Assembly: GCA_965645245.1 (NCBI GenBank)
Contig: OZ287086.1
Coordinates: 682,001 to 746,000 of the forward strand
DNA from: Massalongia carnosa
Lineage: Eukaryota
Length of the DNA: 64,000 nucleotides
Direction: 5' to 3'
Positions 12,630-23,839 of this stretch are shown piece by piece. A program made the position numbers and the translations under genes. Position 1 is the first letter of the stretch. Each line of letters opens with the position of its first letter. The notes under the pieces are model-generated. The model was given only the letters and a program-made list of their open reading frames with translations. It had not been told where the DNA came from and did no database searches.

Positions 12630-13442
12630 AATTAGAAATGATTTATGCTGGAATATTTACGAGCTTTACAAAAACAAATTGTAAAATCGATATTTCGATT
12701 ACTAAAGGTTGTTACTAACACGGAGTAAAAACGGGGCAATATTGACGATAGATAGTTTGGTTATAAAGGGTTGATTTATTTGTAAAATAAAACCATATCT
12801 TAAAATAGTTTAGTGTCATAACCTTAGGTTGAATACACTTAATGAATAAATAAAAAAAAAACCTCGCTTAGAAGGGGGTGACCAGTAATAGGAAAAGATT
12901 GCTGCCTAGCAACTCTTCATCCTTAACATCACGGTCATACATACCTTTATTATTACATAGCCATATAGCCATAGTCATATACCATAGTCATATACCTATT
13001 TCAATAGTGGGTGTGGACGGTGCGGACGAAAATTCTCGCGTTTGTTCCATAGCCTCCGTGGATTCTACGGTTAGGGGGGTGCTCCCAATTATCGCTACCG
13101 AAGATGGCGCGGGCGAATCGGTTGGGGTGTGGCCCGGGGGCGTAGTCGGGGGGACCCATAGATGTTTCGGAGGGAGGTCTGGGGGTGGAGTTGATGGTAT
13201 CAATCGATTTGGTCTATGACACATCGGGTTGAACCTTCGATTGAGCATAGTGTTTTTTGTCTTTGCAATATCCCTTTTATCGCCACCAAATAATTTATTA
13301 TGACTTTCCCCGGACGTACTAGTCAGAATAGAATTTACACCTGTTTACTGGTCAAATGACTCTTTCTTTCCTATCCCTATTTATTTGACTATAACGCGTC
13401 AAATAAATCCTAATCGGGTTAAAATAGACCGCTCCTCGCTAA

Positions 13443-14240
13443 GGCTAAGAATGATAAAATAGAGTTGACATCTCTTTCGTGAAGTCTCTATCCCAGTTTT
13501 CGTTCATCTCACTAGTGCGTTTTACGGCCCAATACTATTGATGAATTCTACGATTGGGGTGAACGACGTCCCTTTCGCCCAGGTCAAACCCAGTTTACTT
13601 CTTAAGCATATATCAATAGCGAGTCTAGCCGTAGCCCATGCGCCGGCGAACCGACGGGGTCTCGTTACGAGCGAGATAGACATTCACTGCTCTATATACA
13701 CCGACATGCGCATACTGTCCTCTCGGGCTATGCAGAGGGTCTCCGTACGGTGGCCGCCATTGCATACCACGCCTCACGGGTTTTTTATGCCTACTTCGCG
13801 TTATTCATAAAGGTCTCCCGTTTATGAACCGACCATGTCTCGCAGGGATTTCGACCACTATGCTCCTGACCAGGCAGTATAGTATCGATTTTCCGTCCCT
13901 ACTATCCATACGGGTCGAGGACAACTCGGAGGGGTGCTCGTTTGAAATTCGTCTGTTAGCTCAGGGCCTAGACTGTTATCAATTAACGGGTTCCTCGTAT
14001 ATTGCCCTCTTCTTCTCCCAAGGGTGTCCTATTTGATGACTAGGTTGCCTCCACCATCCCCGGTACGACTCCGGTTTGGGCCGTAGTGCTCACGGTAGCC
14101 ATCAATCGGATGGTTTTTATAACCCAAATCCCTTGTATCGTGTAGGGTGTGACCCTACACTATGTGTCTATATGTTTTATTTCTTTCAGCCGGAGGGCTC
14201 CGTGTTGTAGACGAAGGAGACCCATGTGATAGACATAGCT
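13443..14240. repeat. ~800-bp non-coding dispersed repeat, copy 1
   Basis: Colinear with 32250-33047 from GGCTAAGAAT to GATAGACATAGCT; no recognisable protein domain. Confidence 0.85.
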
Positions 14241-17200
14241 TGGATTCGGAGGTAGCACTGCACAGTAGTTTTTGAGTCCGATCCAACAATCTTCCAACCT
14301 AACGAACAATCCATCCTTCTTCCCTTCTTCATCTTCGATCAACACGTATAAACCTAGCTCCGCTCTACTCCCTTCCATAAACAGAATGCCTACTACCTGC
14401 CGCCCTGCGTCCACCGCCGACGATAGCGGCCCCACTGGCCCCCTCACCCCCCTTGTTCCTGACTCTCAGCCGACCTCCGCAACAATGCAGGCCGGCCAGC
14501 CAGCGGAAGAAGGGCCCACACGCCCCGGTACCCCTGATGAGCTACTTGAACTTCGCGTACAACGCGACATTTTGGTACGAGAGGGGCGCAGGCCGAAATG
14601 AGAAAGCTTAGGAAGGAAATTGTCGACAGACAGGCCGCGTTGGAGGTGGAGGAGGCCCCTACGGGATTTCAGCATGGGGGATCCCAACAGACAAATCAGG
14701 CCATTCAGAGCGAAGGTACGGATGACCCAAGAATCCTCCCTCTGACAAGTGACTTTCCGGCCATAAACCAGCTGTATTTCAGGCAAATTTTGGAAAATAA
14801 GTTTGACCCCATCAATATCGCCAAGATGTGCAGTGATGTTACTCTGAGCAAGTCTACGAAGAAATCTATCAATATCAGCAAAGGTCTGGAGGTCATTACT
14901 GGCGAGGATGACGCATCGTTGAGCGACATCAAGGGTATCACCCACCTAATTCGTTGTCTTTTGGTATACTGGCAAGCGGTATTGCACTTTGCACAACCAA
15001 GTCTGTTCAAAGATCTAGCAAGGGCCTTCATGAAATACGAGGACCGGCTGATTTTGCCTCACAATACCTACACATGGGAGTCGTTGCTGCAAGTTCATAT
15101 GCTATTTCATAGAACGCTGTGGTATCAAGGAGTGGACGACCCCGTAAAATGGAGGCAAAGCTACCCAGACTTGGAAAACACATACCTGGTTAAACGCGAC
15201 AGGCCCCTCAACAACCTTCAAACCCGGACCGGATTTGGGGGATACACAACCAATTCAAACAGCATTACTCCAAGGCCCTACCCTTGCCATCGGTATAACA
15301 CAGGCAAGGACTGCCGAGACTGCAGATACCAACACGTCTGCAGCAACTGCGGGAGACAGCACCCAGCACTTAGTTGCAGGGGCAACAACCCCAACAATAG
15401 CAACCCAAGTAGCCAATCTCGTAACAATCCGAATTGGACACCGGTCAATAGGAAGGATTGACTAGCCGGCCCATATGACCATATCGCGGAAGGTTTTCCG
15501 TACAGACTGATGGACAAACTCGAGGCTCTTCAGCAAGGACCACTCATCCTCGCCGGCTGGAAGAAGCACCTAGAAACTCACCCCGATAACGTGTACAAGC
15601 AGGCTATTTTTGATATTATTCGGTATGGGGCCAAGATTGGGTATACCGGCCCAGAACAATTCATCCTCAGCCCCAATCTGCTATCAGCAAAAGAAGCTCC
15701 TGATATACTCACTAAAGATGTCGAGGAGCAGAGGGATAAGGGACGATTGACGCGAGTAGATATTCTTCCCTCCAAGTTCATATCATCCCCATTAGGTCTC
15801 GTACCCAAATCAAATGGTACATGGCGCCGTATCCATCATTTATCTCATCCTGAAGGATCATCGGTAAATGACTTCATCCCTCAGGAATGGGGGGCCTTGT
15901 AATACCCCACATTCGATGACGCTGTCGCCAAAATAAGAAAACAAGGAAAAATGTGCATATTAGTAAAAAGGGATTTCTCCGATGCCTTTCGCCATATACC
16001 CGTGGCTAAAAGCGACTGGTGGTTGCTGGGATTTCAATGGGATAATGTTTACTGGATGGAGCGCTTTCTACCTTTCGGCTTGCGCACCTCTCCTTTTCTA
16101 TTCGATTTGTTCGCAAAGGGGATAAATTGGATGTGTTTACAAAATCAACATGATGTGCTTCATTATCTAGATGATTTCTTGGCAGTTTGCCGCACTAATC
16201 CCGAAGCGGAAGCTTTCACTCGGTACTTCTTCGATCTTTGCAAAGACCTTAAAAGAAAAATAAAACTGGTCATGTGATCGATTTCTTAGGCATCGAATTG
16301 GATACTGTGCTCATGGAAGCACGGCTACCACCAGACAAACTGCAGAAAGCCAAAGACCTCGTCAAACAGGCCTTGCAAAAATCATCGATTAGAAGGGAGG
16401 AATTAGACTCCTTGGTGGGATTTTTGTCATTCGCAGCTAAAGTGGTAGTGCCAGGGAGAGCTTTCCTCCGACGTCTTTTTAACGCAAAAGCCATGTCTCG
16501 TGGGCGTCATATTCATATTAACGAGAATTTCAAAGCCGACCTGCAGTGGTGGCATCTTTTTTTACCTAAATGGAATGGCGTTCGCATGTTAGACCGTCCT
16601 CGCGAGACATTTCGTCTTTGGACGGACGCATCAGGGTACGGCATTGGGGCCTACATCCTAGTGGAGGATCATACCAGTTTTACCATGCCCGCTGAGCATG
16701 CACTTTCTGAACGTTTCAGGTCTCGGCTTAGGCCAACTCACATCAATGTCAAAGAAATGACAGCGATATTACACGCTTTGCGTAAATGGCTCCCCCTTTG
16801 TGCAGGGAGCCATGTGATTTTCCACTGTGACAACTTTGCTGTCACGTCAGGAATAAGGAAATCATCTATTCGTGGAAACGCTATGCGGCCCCTTCGGGCA
16901 ATCGCAATGCTGACCGCTATTCATGATATTCGGATTGAAATACGTTGGATCCCAACAAAGTCAAATGAGCTCGCTGACCTCCTATCACGGGGCAAACTGG
17001 AGAAAATCGGTAACAAATGGCCCAATTTACAGGAACCTCTACTCAAATCCTAGCACGCGACCCTCCCGAAAGCTGGTATAGCGAAATACCTCTATCCCGA
17101 CCAGCAGCTAGATACCTGTGGTGGGGCTTGGCAGTCAAAACCCGCAGTCTGTATGACACAGGGAGAAGAAGCTATGTAACACACTGCAGAATATCAATGA

Positions 17201-18230
17201 ACGCGACTCCATTTCCGGCAACCATACAGACCTTGTCATCTTGGATAGCGATGCTAGGAGAACACAAAATACAGCCCAAAACCATTAAGGCCTATCTAGC
17301 CGGAGTTCGGTCTAGCCAAATCGACACGGGCTTTGAGGATCTAGAAACGTTTCACCATCCCGTACTAAATAGAATCATTGCAGGCATAAAGCGAAAGAAT
17401 GGCGAAGCCGACAAGAAAGAGCGAATGCCCATTACGAAAAACATACTCCTTCGTTTAGTGAAACGATTGGACTTAGCCGACAACGCGCAGGCCACTCTAC
17501 ACGCAGCATACTGTCTGGCATTCGCAGGATTTCTTCGCGCAGGCAAATTTACGTACACTATCAGAGACCTAACAGACCCAAGCTTCGAATCATGGCATTT
17601 AACTAGGAAATCCGTCCACTTAGAGGTAGATAAGCAGTTCCTCTCCTTGCCGGCGTCCAAAACCGACCCCTTTCGTCGAGGCATTACGCTAACGATAGCC
17701 GCATCAGGGGACGAGGCCTGCGCTGTAAAATCCCTTCGTAATTTGATCACCCGGTTTCCACTACCTGCAACCTCCCCTTTATTCTATAAACAAAAGGCTT
17801 TCACACGCGAATATTTGACCACCGCGATGCGATCAGGCCTTAAGAGATTAGGCATAATAGGTAATTATTCAGGTCACTCTTTCCGAAGAGGTGCAGCGAC
17901 GTCGGCCAAGGAAGCCGGTCTTAGCGGGAACGACATTCAATTACTAGGCCGGTGGAAGTCAGACTCCTACAAGCTTTATATCCAAACGCATCAATCCCAC
18001 ATCTTAGCCACACGCCGTTTTCAACACCCTCCCTCAGCCTCCTAAACAGCATCGCCGCGCGAGCCGTTTCCATCTTGGGCTTGGGAGTATCCACCGCGAT
18101 CTGCACCAAGGCCCGAAAGGGGGCGCTAGGTAGAGGCGCCGGCGAGAGTGACGGCGCCAGCGAGGTGCAGATCGCTGTGTTTCCGCCAACCTTAGAAATA
18201 GAAGCAATACGAGGTCACATGAACTAGACA
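14241..18230 (+). mobile_element. DIRS/Ngaro-type tyrosine-recombinase retrotransposon, degenerate; boundaries approximate
   Basis: Gag-like ORF with Cys/His finger (14385-15461), RT (LPFGLRTSP, HYLDDF; 15510-16277), DIRS-type RNase H (WTDASG, HINVKE, CDN, ADLLSR; 16274-17053) and an overlapping YR ORF. Confidence 0.9.
17017..18045 (+). CDS. Tyrosine recombinase of the DIRS/Ngaro element
   Basis: FAGFLR, SKTD, GHSFRRGAAT and GRWKSDSYKLY carry the R-K-H-R-W-Y catalytic residues. Confidence 0.92.
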   Translation: MAQFTGTSTQILARDPPESWYSEIPLSRPAARYLWWGLAVKTRSLYDTGRRSYVTHCRISMNATPFPATIQTLSSWIAMLGEHKIQPKTIKAYLAGVRSSQIDTGFEDLETFHHPVLNRIIAGIKRKNGEADKKERMPITKNILLRLVKRLDLADNAQATLHAAYCLAFAGFLRAGKFTYTIRDLTDPSFESWHLTRKSVHLEVDKQFLSLPASKTDPFRRGITLTIAASGDEACAVKSLRNLITRFPLPATSPLFYKQKAFTREYLTTAMRSGLKRLGIIGNYSGHSFRRGAATSAKEAGLSGNDIQLLGRWKSDSYKLYIQTHQSHILATRRFQHPPSAS

Positions 18231-18933
18231 ATATTTATCAAGGCTCATGAAATCCTTTTCGCGGAAAAGTCCCTGAAAGAGTTGAATGTGACTATCGCGC
18301 GATTAATAAGTGAAGCTCTTCTCAATAATTACATTGCCGAATTACTCTCAAGTTTAAGAAACAAGAAAATTTAACTGCGATTGTCAATATAGCTGAAATT
18401 TTAGAATAGAAGCGGTGAGACAATCAGATCCTTCAAGGTCAATCTCTCGACTTTTCTTTCAAGAACCTAGAAACGCCGAGATAGAGCTTAAAGTGACTGC
18501 AGAAGAAAGTCAATCGAGAGTTGCCTTTCAACGGCTTCTTGAAAATGAGACCTCGCTCAATAAGGCTCCTGCGGCTGCAGACAAAGTGAAGGCCGGAATG
18601 AAGATGCGCCAGAAAGCGTTATCGAAGACGAGAAAGAAAAGAACAAGGATGAATCGAATTGAAAGAACTCGGTCTCAAATAGTACTGAGATCTCGGGAAG
18701 CGACAAGGACCTCTTCAAACGAGTGAATCCAAGACCAACTCTGATATCAAGAAGCTCATGTCTTACGGTCCTAATGAATCAGAGTCAATACATCTAAACT
18801 TTAAGCCTCAGAGGCCAAAGTTCTAAGGATAACTCTTGGAATTATTTTGACTGTGAATCAAGAGATCATCATTAGGTAGGCTGGTAACCCGTGCCTAATC
18901 TTTCATTCGGCCTGAGACCTAGCAAGTTTTGCT

Positions 18934-19212
18934 GTGAGAAGTTCACGGTCACGTATCCCGACGGACTCATCATCGGGCTTCGAGCTCCCCAACTGTGATC
19001 CGGTGTTTGTCAATCTCAAAAATCCAGTGCTAAAAAGCTTAGCCTTGCGAATAATACATCCAGATCCGGTGAAACGCATTTCCATCAAAGATGCGCTCAC
19101 AGATCGTTGGTTTAAGCAGATCGATAGCTGTAGCCTCAGACTTACGGGCCGGAGACAACCCGAGCCATTGATGCCATCAACTTGGGAAGCTGTCGGCTCG
19201 CGGCATAGATGA
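18934..19212 (+). pseudogene. C-terminal fragment of a Ser/Thr protein kinase
   Basis: LRIIHPDPVKRISIKDALTDRWFKQIDSC resembles kinase subdomain XI; the rest of the domain is not seen. Confidence 0.6.
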
Positions 19213-19959
19213 GTATCAAGAAATCTCACCATCATCTGCTACAGAAGTAGAGTTGAATCCCTCAGCATCAGTTTGACATGGGACACAGATGATCATAGAC
19301 AATTACATCTTTAGCACGCATGGAGAAGGGACCGGTCGTTGCATTTGCTGCTACAGCGCGGTTTGAGCAAAAACCGGGGTGATTGAAGGGATTTGGCGTT
19401 TTCGTTGGATCTGTATGTTACATGAACAGTTGACGGCATAATGCTGAAATCACTAAGAAGGTGACTGCTTATAGCAGTCATGACAGCCTGCAGGGCTGAG
19501 CTAGAACTATTGGGACTAAGCCTGTATAACCCAAGGTCCCGCGTCAGCAGCTTGTGCCTGAAAAGCTCACGTCAGTAGGGTTGCTTCCTCAAAGCTCACC
19601 TTTGAAAGTTCCATTCTCTCGACCTCATTCTCCCCAGAATTATCGCTCCTTCAGGAAGTATTAATGCCAACATCTCATCGCCTTTCAAGACACAATTCTA
19701 GCATGACGACCCAACACTAAGTTTGGTCATCCCACTCTCCATGTCCACCTTGAAGCAGAAGCTAACAGCATCACTCAGTCGAGCACGGCATCAAGATCGA
19801 ACCGGCGCCGCGTTGCCGAAGGCAGATCGTCATATTCAGCTTCAACTCCCTGCGCCATCAAATCAGCAATGATTCCTTCTCTTCAAATGAGTCAGCTCAG
19901 CGCAACAATCCGCTTACCGTACCAAATATCTCTTTCGCCTCGTACATGTCCAGTTTAAA

Positions 19960-20260
19960 CCCTCGCTCGAGATGCACCTGAGACTGCCAACAAGGACTTC
20001 CTTATATCTCTCATAGAATCTCTGAACAGCGACATCTTCAACCTGCCGAAGGATGTGAAGGGAGTTTCGCAGGAATTCTTAAATGTGCTGGAGCGGATAC
20101 CGAAGAAGAGCCCAAAACCAGATAACGCGTGTCCCATATGCACCGAGAAGTTCTTGAACGATCTATACCCCCTTATGGTCGAGCTGCAGTGCCATCAAAA
20201 CCACAAGTTCAGTGCGTGGGACCTTGGCTGCAGCTGAAAGGAACCTGCCCGATATGCTGA
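19960..20260 (+). pseudogene. RING-H2 zinc-finger protein remnant
   Basis: KGVSQEFLNVLERIPKK...CPICTEKFLNDLYPLMVELQCHQNHKF, followed by a frameshift or deletion before a TCPIC-like end. Confidence 0.65.
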
Positions 20261-20657
20261 ACGCATTTAACAAAGTATAATCCCAGATGCGATGATACGT
20301 CGGACAGGATAAAGAAGATATAGGACCAAAAGGGCAAGCCCGTACAAGAGAAGGGGGAAGATAAGGATTCAGACATGCTATACGACTGAACTTGGTAGGA
20401 CTAGCGTATCGAAGAGCATACACACGGCCACAGATGAACAACGGCGTTCAGGGGCGTGATCAGGGGCAGGGTTCGAGACTTTTATTTCACCTCGCGATAA
20501 ACTTGAGTTACTCCATAACTTCGGTTACCGAAAATGCAGACTAATGCAAAGCTTCCGTTTTCCTCAATGATTTATTTCTCCCATCACCTTTCGGCAGCAT
20601 CTCTAGATCGCAGGCGGCTTTCCCTTCTTCTCCGGACTACCACCACCACTAGCCTTC

Positions 20658-21029
20658 TCATTCCCCCTCATTCTTCGTCGTGCCCTTCATAGTCGGACCG
20701 CCCTTATCACCCAGCGGAACGGACTTCTTCAGGTTAGCACCGCTCACAGCCAGCGGGTTACCTTCGTTCTTATTGCCCGCAGCTTCTTTCTCCTCCTCAG
20801 GGCGTGTATTGGACGGTTCAAACGCTGCGTCCGTCTCGGCGGCGCCTTGATCCGTACCGAACTTGCTACCCTCGGTCGACTTGGGCTTCAGCGAGTTTCG
20901 GTCTTGGTCATCCTTGTAGGGCATCCGCAGCAGCGATGAACTGTGGTAGTTAGCGGCGAGCTAGCGCGGCGCAAAGGCGCGGGCTCGTGGTGCCTAGAGC
21001 GCGGCGCGGAGGGAGCAGAAGGAGGACAT
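20658..21029 (-). pseudogene. Small hydrophilic fungal hypothetical protein, probably pseudogenised
   Basis: ORF 20658-20924 (QDRNSLKPKSTEGSK...AAFEPSNTRPE...NPLAVSGAN). An upstream ATG at 21029 is followed by an in-frame TAG. Confidence 0.45.
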
Positions 21030-21313
21030 GTTTGTGTTTGTAGGTGGTGTAGGTATGTGGTATGTGGTTCAGTATTTTCGTATGGCTATGTGATTGCTTT
21101 ATGCAAGATTTCAGAGGAGTGGCAGAAGATCCATTGCTTGAGATTTCGTGAAGTTGTTGAGTGAGAAAGCAAGCTGAAGTCTATTTCGCAATGGAAATCA
21201 TTTAGAAGACTGAGGCCAGGATGATCGTTGAAAGATCCTGACCATCACTTTTCATCTGTATCGATTACGCAGATATCAGTTATCATCTTCTCCGAAATTC
21301 ATCACAAAGCTGT

Positions 21314-22141
21314 TCACCTTTTCTTGAATTTCTCGTCCGTGCACTCCTTGTACATAGCATACTGTTCAAAGAAGCAAGCTACTTCCACAAACTCTCTTGA
21401 TTCTGAACGATCCCGTGCTTTCAGGAATTTCTGAAAGGCCTCGTTAACGCTGATGAGCTTTGCCGAACGCTCTTCAAGATCCTTTATATCCTGCTTATGC
21501 GTGGTGCTTATCCAGCCCAATATCTGTAAAGCTCTGCTTCCCCATTTTGCTTTTGACGATCCTTCAAAGGGCGTTCCAAGGAAGACGACTCCAATCGTTC
21601 TCTCCACGAGGTTAGTGCTAGCCATGTCGGTACCATTGTGCCTTGACAACGCATTGGCGCAAACGAGACCCCATAGACTGTGCGAGACGAAAATAATCGG
21701 ACGTTCAGCCTGGACATAGACATCCTATTAACGTATTTCCGGTGGAAAGACAAGGGGGTGCGCCAATTCCTACAGTTTTCGTTTTCTCGCGAAGACCGAT
21801 TAGGCTCTGCAACATTGCACTCGCGTGATCATCAATAGCTAAATGCTCCGGGATGAATTTCGGCCCAACAAACGGATAGAAGTGAGCAAAGTCCGTGTTG
21901 TAACCAAAAGAAAGGATGCGAGTTGTTGGGCAGGCTTGAGGTAAGAGATCTAGCGGCCACAACAGCGATCTATCGCGACCCTCCCATGTCCAGGTTTTCA
22001 CTCTATCACCGCCGAGCCCGTGGACGAAGACAATGCTGTATGGTCAGTACCAAGCAACTCGGACGAGACATCTGGTGCGTACTCTATATTCGCGTCTGGA
22101 GAATCAAAGAGGGGGTCGCCTAATCCGTACGGTTCGGCCAT
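21314..22141 (-). pseudogene. SesB-like (lipase-type alpha/beta hydrolase) gene, apparently 3'-truncated
   Basis: Spliced reading: MAEPYG...D-IVFVHGLGG, WPLDLLP...RILSFGYN, RPIIFVSHSLWG (nucleophile elbow, normally HSLGG), VFLGTPFEGS, ACFFE. The C-terminal catalytic-His segment is not seen. Confidence 0.8.
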
Positions 22142-22438
22142 GCTGGCGTTGTCATCGCAACACAGAGGAGTCGTACCCTTGTACTTCAAACTTAGCACTA
22201 TAACTGATGCGAGATAATTGTACACCGCAGTACCGCCTGCATGGATAGACCAGGCGCTTGAGCACGTGCATAGCCTTGGCTCTATCAGCCAGTCATCTAT
22301 CCCGTGCCCGCATGATGGCGGGGGCCTTCCATCGGCGAGTCCGTGCCTGTATTTATATAGATGAACCGTGCTTTTGGAAAGTCTTAGGCGTCGAGTTTCT
22401 GACCGAGCCTAGGTGCGGTCCCGAGGACGGTAAAGATA

Positions 22439-23776
22439 CAGTACTAGGTCAAAAGTTTCCGACAGCCCCACCATCAACTTTTTACCCCCCCCACTGCTTT
22501 GAATTATCAACTATCAAGTTGTTATTTTGATGTCTTGAAACTTCGTACGATGATTACATACATTATAGCAAGCACATTGGGCTGAGAAATATATTTGTAA
22601 TATTTCGTATACCATCCTTTTGACTGGATGCAAGCTTCAATCCTCCTTTCCATGCTGTCTACTAAACTCTTCAGCATTTCCTCATCTATGAAGGCCCATG
22701 CTTCTTCCAAAGCTTTCCAAAGTACCTCGCGGACCCTATCATCACCACCAGTCACCGAGTCGATGTCCGGATTGACCTGGTAGACGAGCTTTTTGAGCAC
22801 GTACCAAACGTGCTCGATGGGATTCAAATCAGGAGAATAAGGGGGCCAATCGATGACTGTTATGCCGTTTTCATCGAACCATTTCTTCACCTTTTTGGCA
22901 GTGTGAATGGGGGCATTATCCTGCATGAAAATGAGACCTGGTTCCCAAATTCCAAGCAGATTATCGTTCAATAATTCCAAATATGAATTCGCGGAGTACC
23001 CCATCTTCTTTGCCTCGAAATCACGGGCCAATTTGTAGATATCCGACCTTCCCCCCCCCAAAAAGCCCCCCATACCATGACCTTGACCTCTTTACCTTTG
23101 CCGTACGGTTGTATCATAGGTTTTTTCCATTTTTCGTCCGGAAATCTGAACACCCATTGACGCTGTTTGCCCGACCCCTTTTCCACCGAGCACTCGTCTG
23201 ACCATATTATTTTTGACCACTGCTCAAAAGTCCACTCACGCCGAAGCAAGCACCAGTCCAGTCTCTTCTTTGCCACCTCGGGCATCAATAAAGGCCGCTT
23301 TTTAGCCAGCCAGTTTGTTAGACCATAGTCTTTGAGCGTCCGATAGAGAGTGGATCGACTACATTGCACCCCAACCTCCGTACGCAGCTGCGCGTAGGTG
23401 ATGCGTGGATTGATTCGTGCAAGTTTGATGATACGTCTTCGGTCGCGGTCCGAGAATATTCCAGGCCGACCCGATCGCGATTTGGACTTTTCGTTGTTGC
23501 GTTCTGAGTGCTTTTGAAGAGTGTAAATGACGGTGGTTCGAGGCACATTTAATGTCTTTGCAATTTCGGCCGATGCATGCCCCAAAGCCTGGGCTCCAAT
23601 AATCATACCTCTTTGACATTGATTCAATTCGATATTACGAAGCTTATTACCAGAAATTGAAGTCAACGGAGTGCGTGGCATGGTGAAATGATGAGGTCAA
23701 AGTTGATGGGTTGGTAGGTTAAAACGCGAAATCACGAAAATCTCGGGTAGTGTCGGAAACTTTTGACACGGGACTG
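22439..23776 (-). mobile_element. Tc1/mariner (DD34E) DNA transposon with a frameshifted transposase (22522-23681)
   Basis: TA duplication at 22437-22438 and 23777-23778; TIRs CAGTACTAGGTCAAAAGTTTCCGACA and TGTCGGAAACTTTTGACACGGGACTG; WSDE, QDNA and SPDLNPIEH motifs; frameshift in a G/C run near 23055. Confidence 0.95.
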
Positions 23777-23839
23777 TAGGGTTTCAGTCTTATTCAATAC
23801 ATCCCTGAGCTCTAATGTCTACAATCTTCCGACGCAGCA

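Larger units (their letters stand above)
6129..12860 (+). mobile_element. Full-length young LINE with RNase H domain
   Basis: 13-bp TSD ACCTCGCTTAGAA at 6116-6128 and 12861-12873; A-rich tail at 12841-12860; ORF1 and ORF2 present. Confidence 0.95.
5975..13006 (+). mobile_element. Solo LTR (~280 bp, TGTTGA...TCAA(C/T)A) split by the young LINE; pieces 5975-6128 and 12874-13006
   Basis: The pieces join into the same sequence as the intact copy at 35139-35412 (reverse). Flanks are GTAGG/GTGGG, an imperfect 5-bp TSD. Confidence 0.88.
4686..13445 (-). mobile_element. Old RNase H-type LINE copy (5' leader and ORF1), split by nested insertions; host pieces 4686-5974 and 13007-13445
   Basis: ORFs 12988-13248, 5222-6010 and 4786-5118 join into a homolog of ORF1 at 7033-8616 (EQTREFSSAPSTPT|LKAKSF...PIKRNKRRTFEEHS; RKDESWFKV). 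13249-13445 matches 6818-7030 in reverse. Confidence 0.9.

Noticed and set aside
13538..13810. ORFs conserved between the two 800-bp repeats (also 32344-32766)
   Set aside because: Non-ATG starts, different stops and no domain; similarity follows from DNA homology alone.
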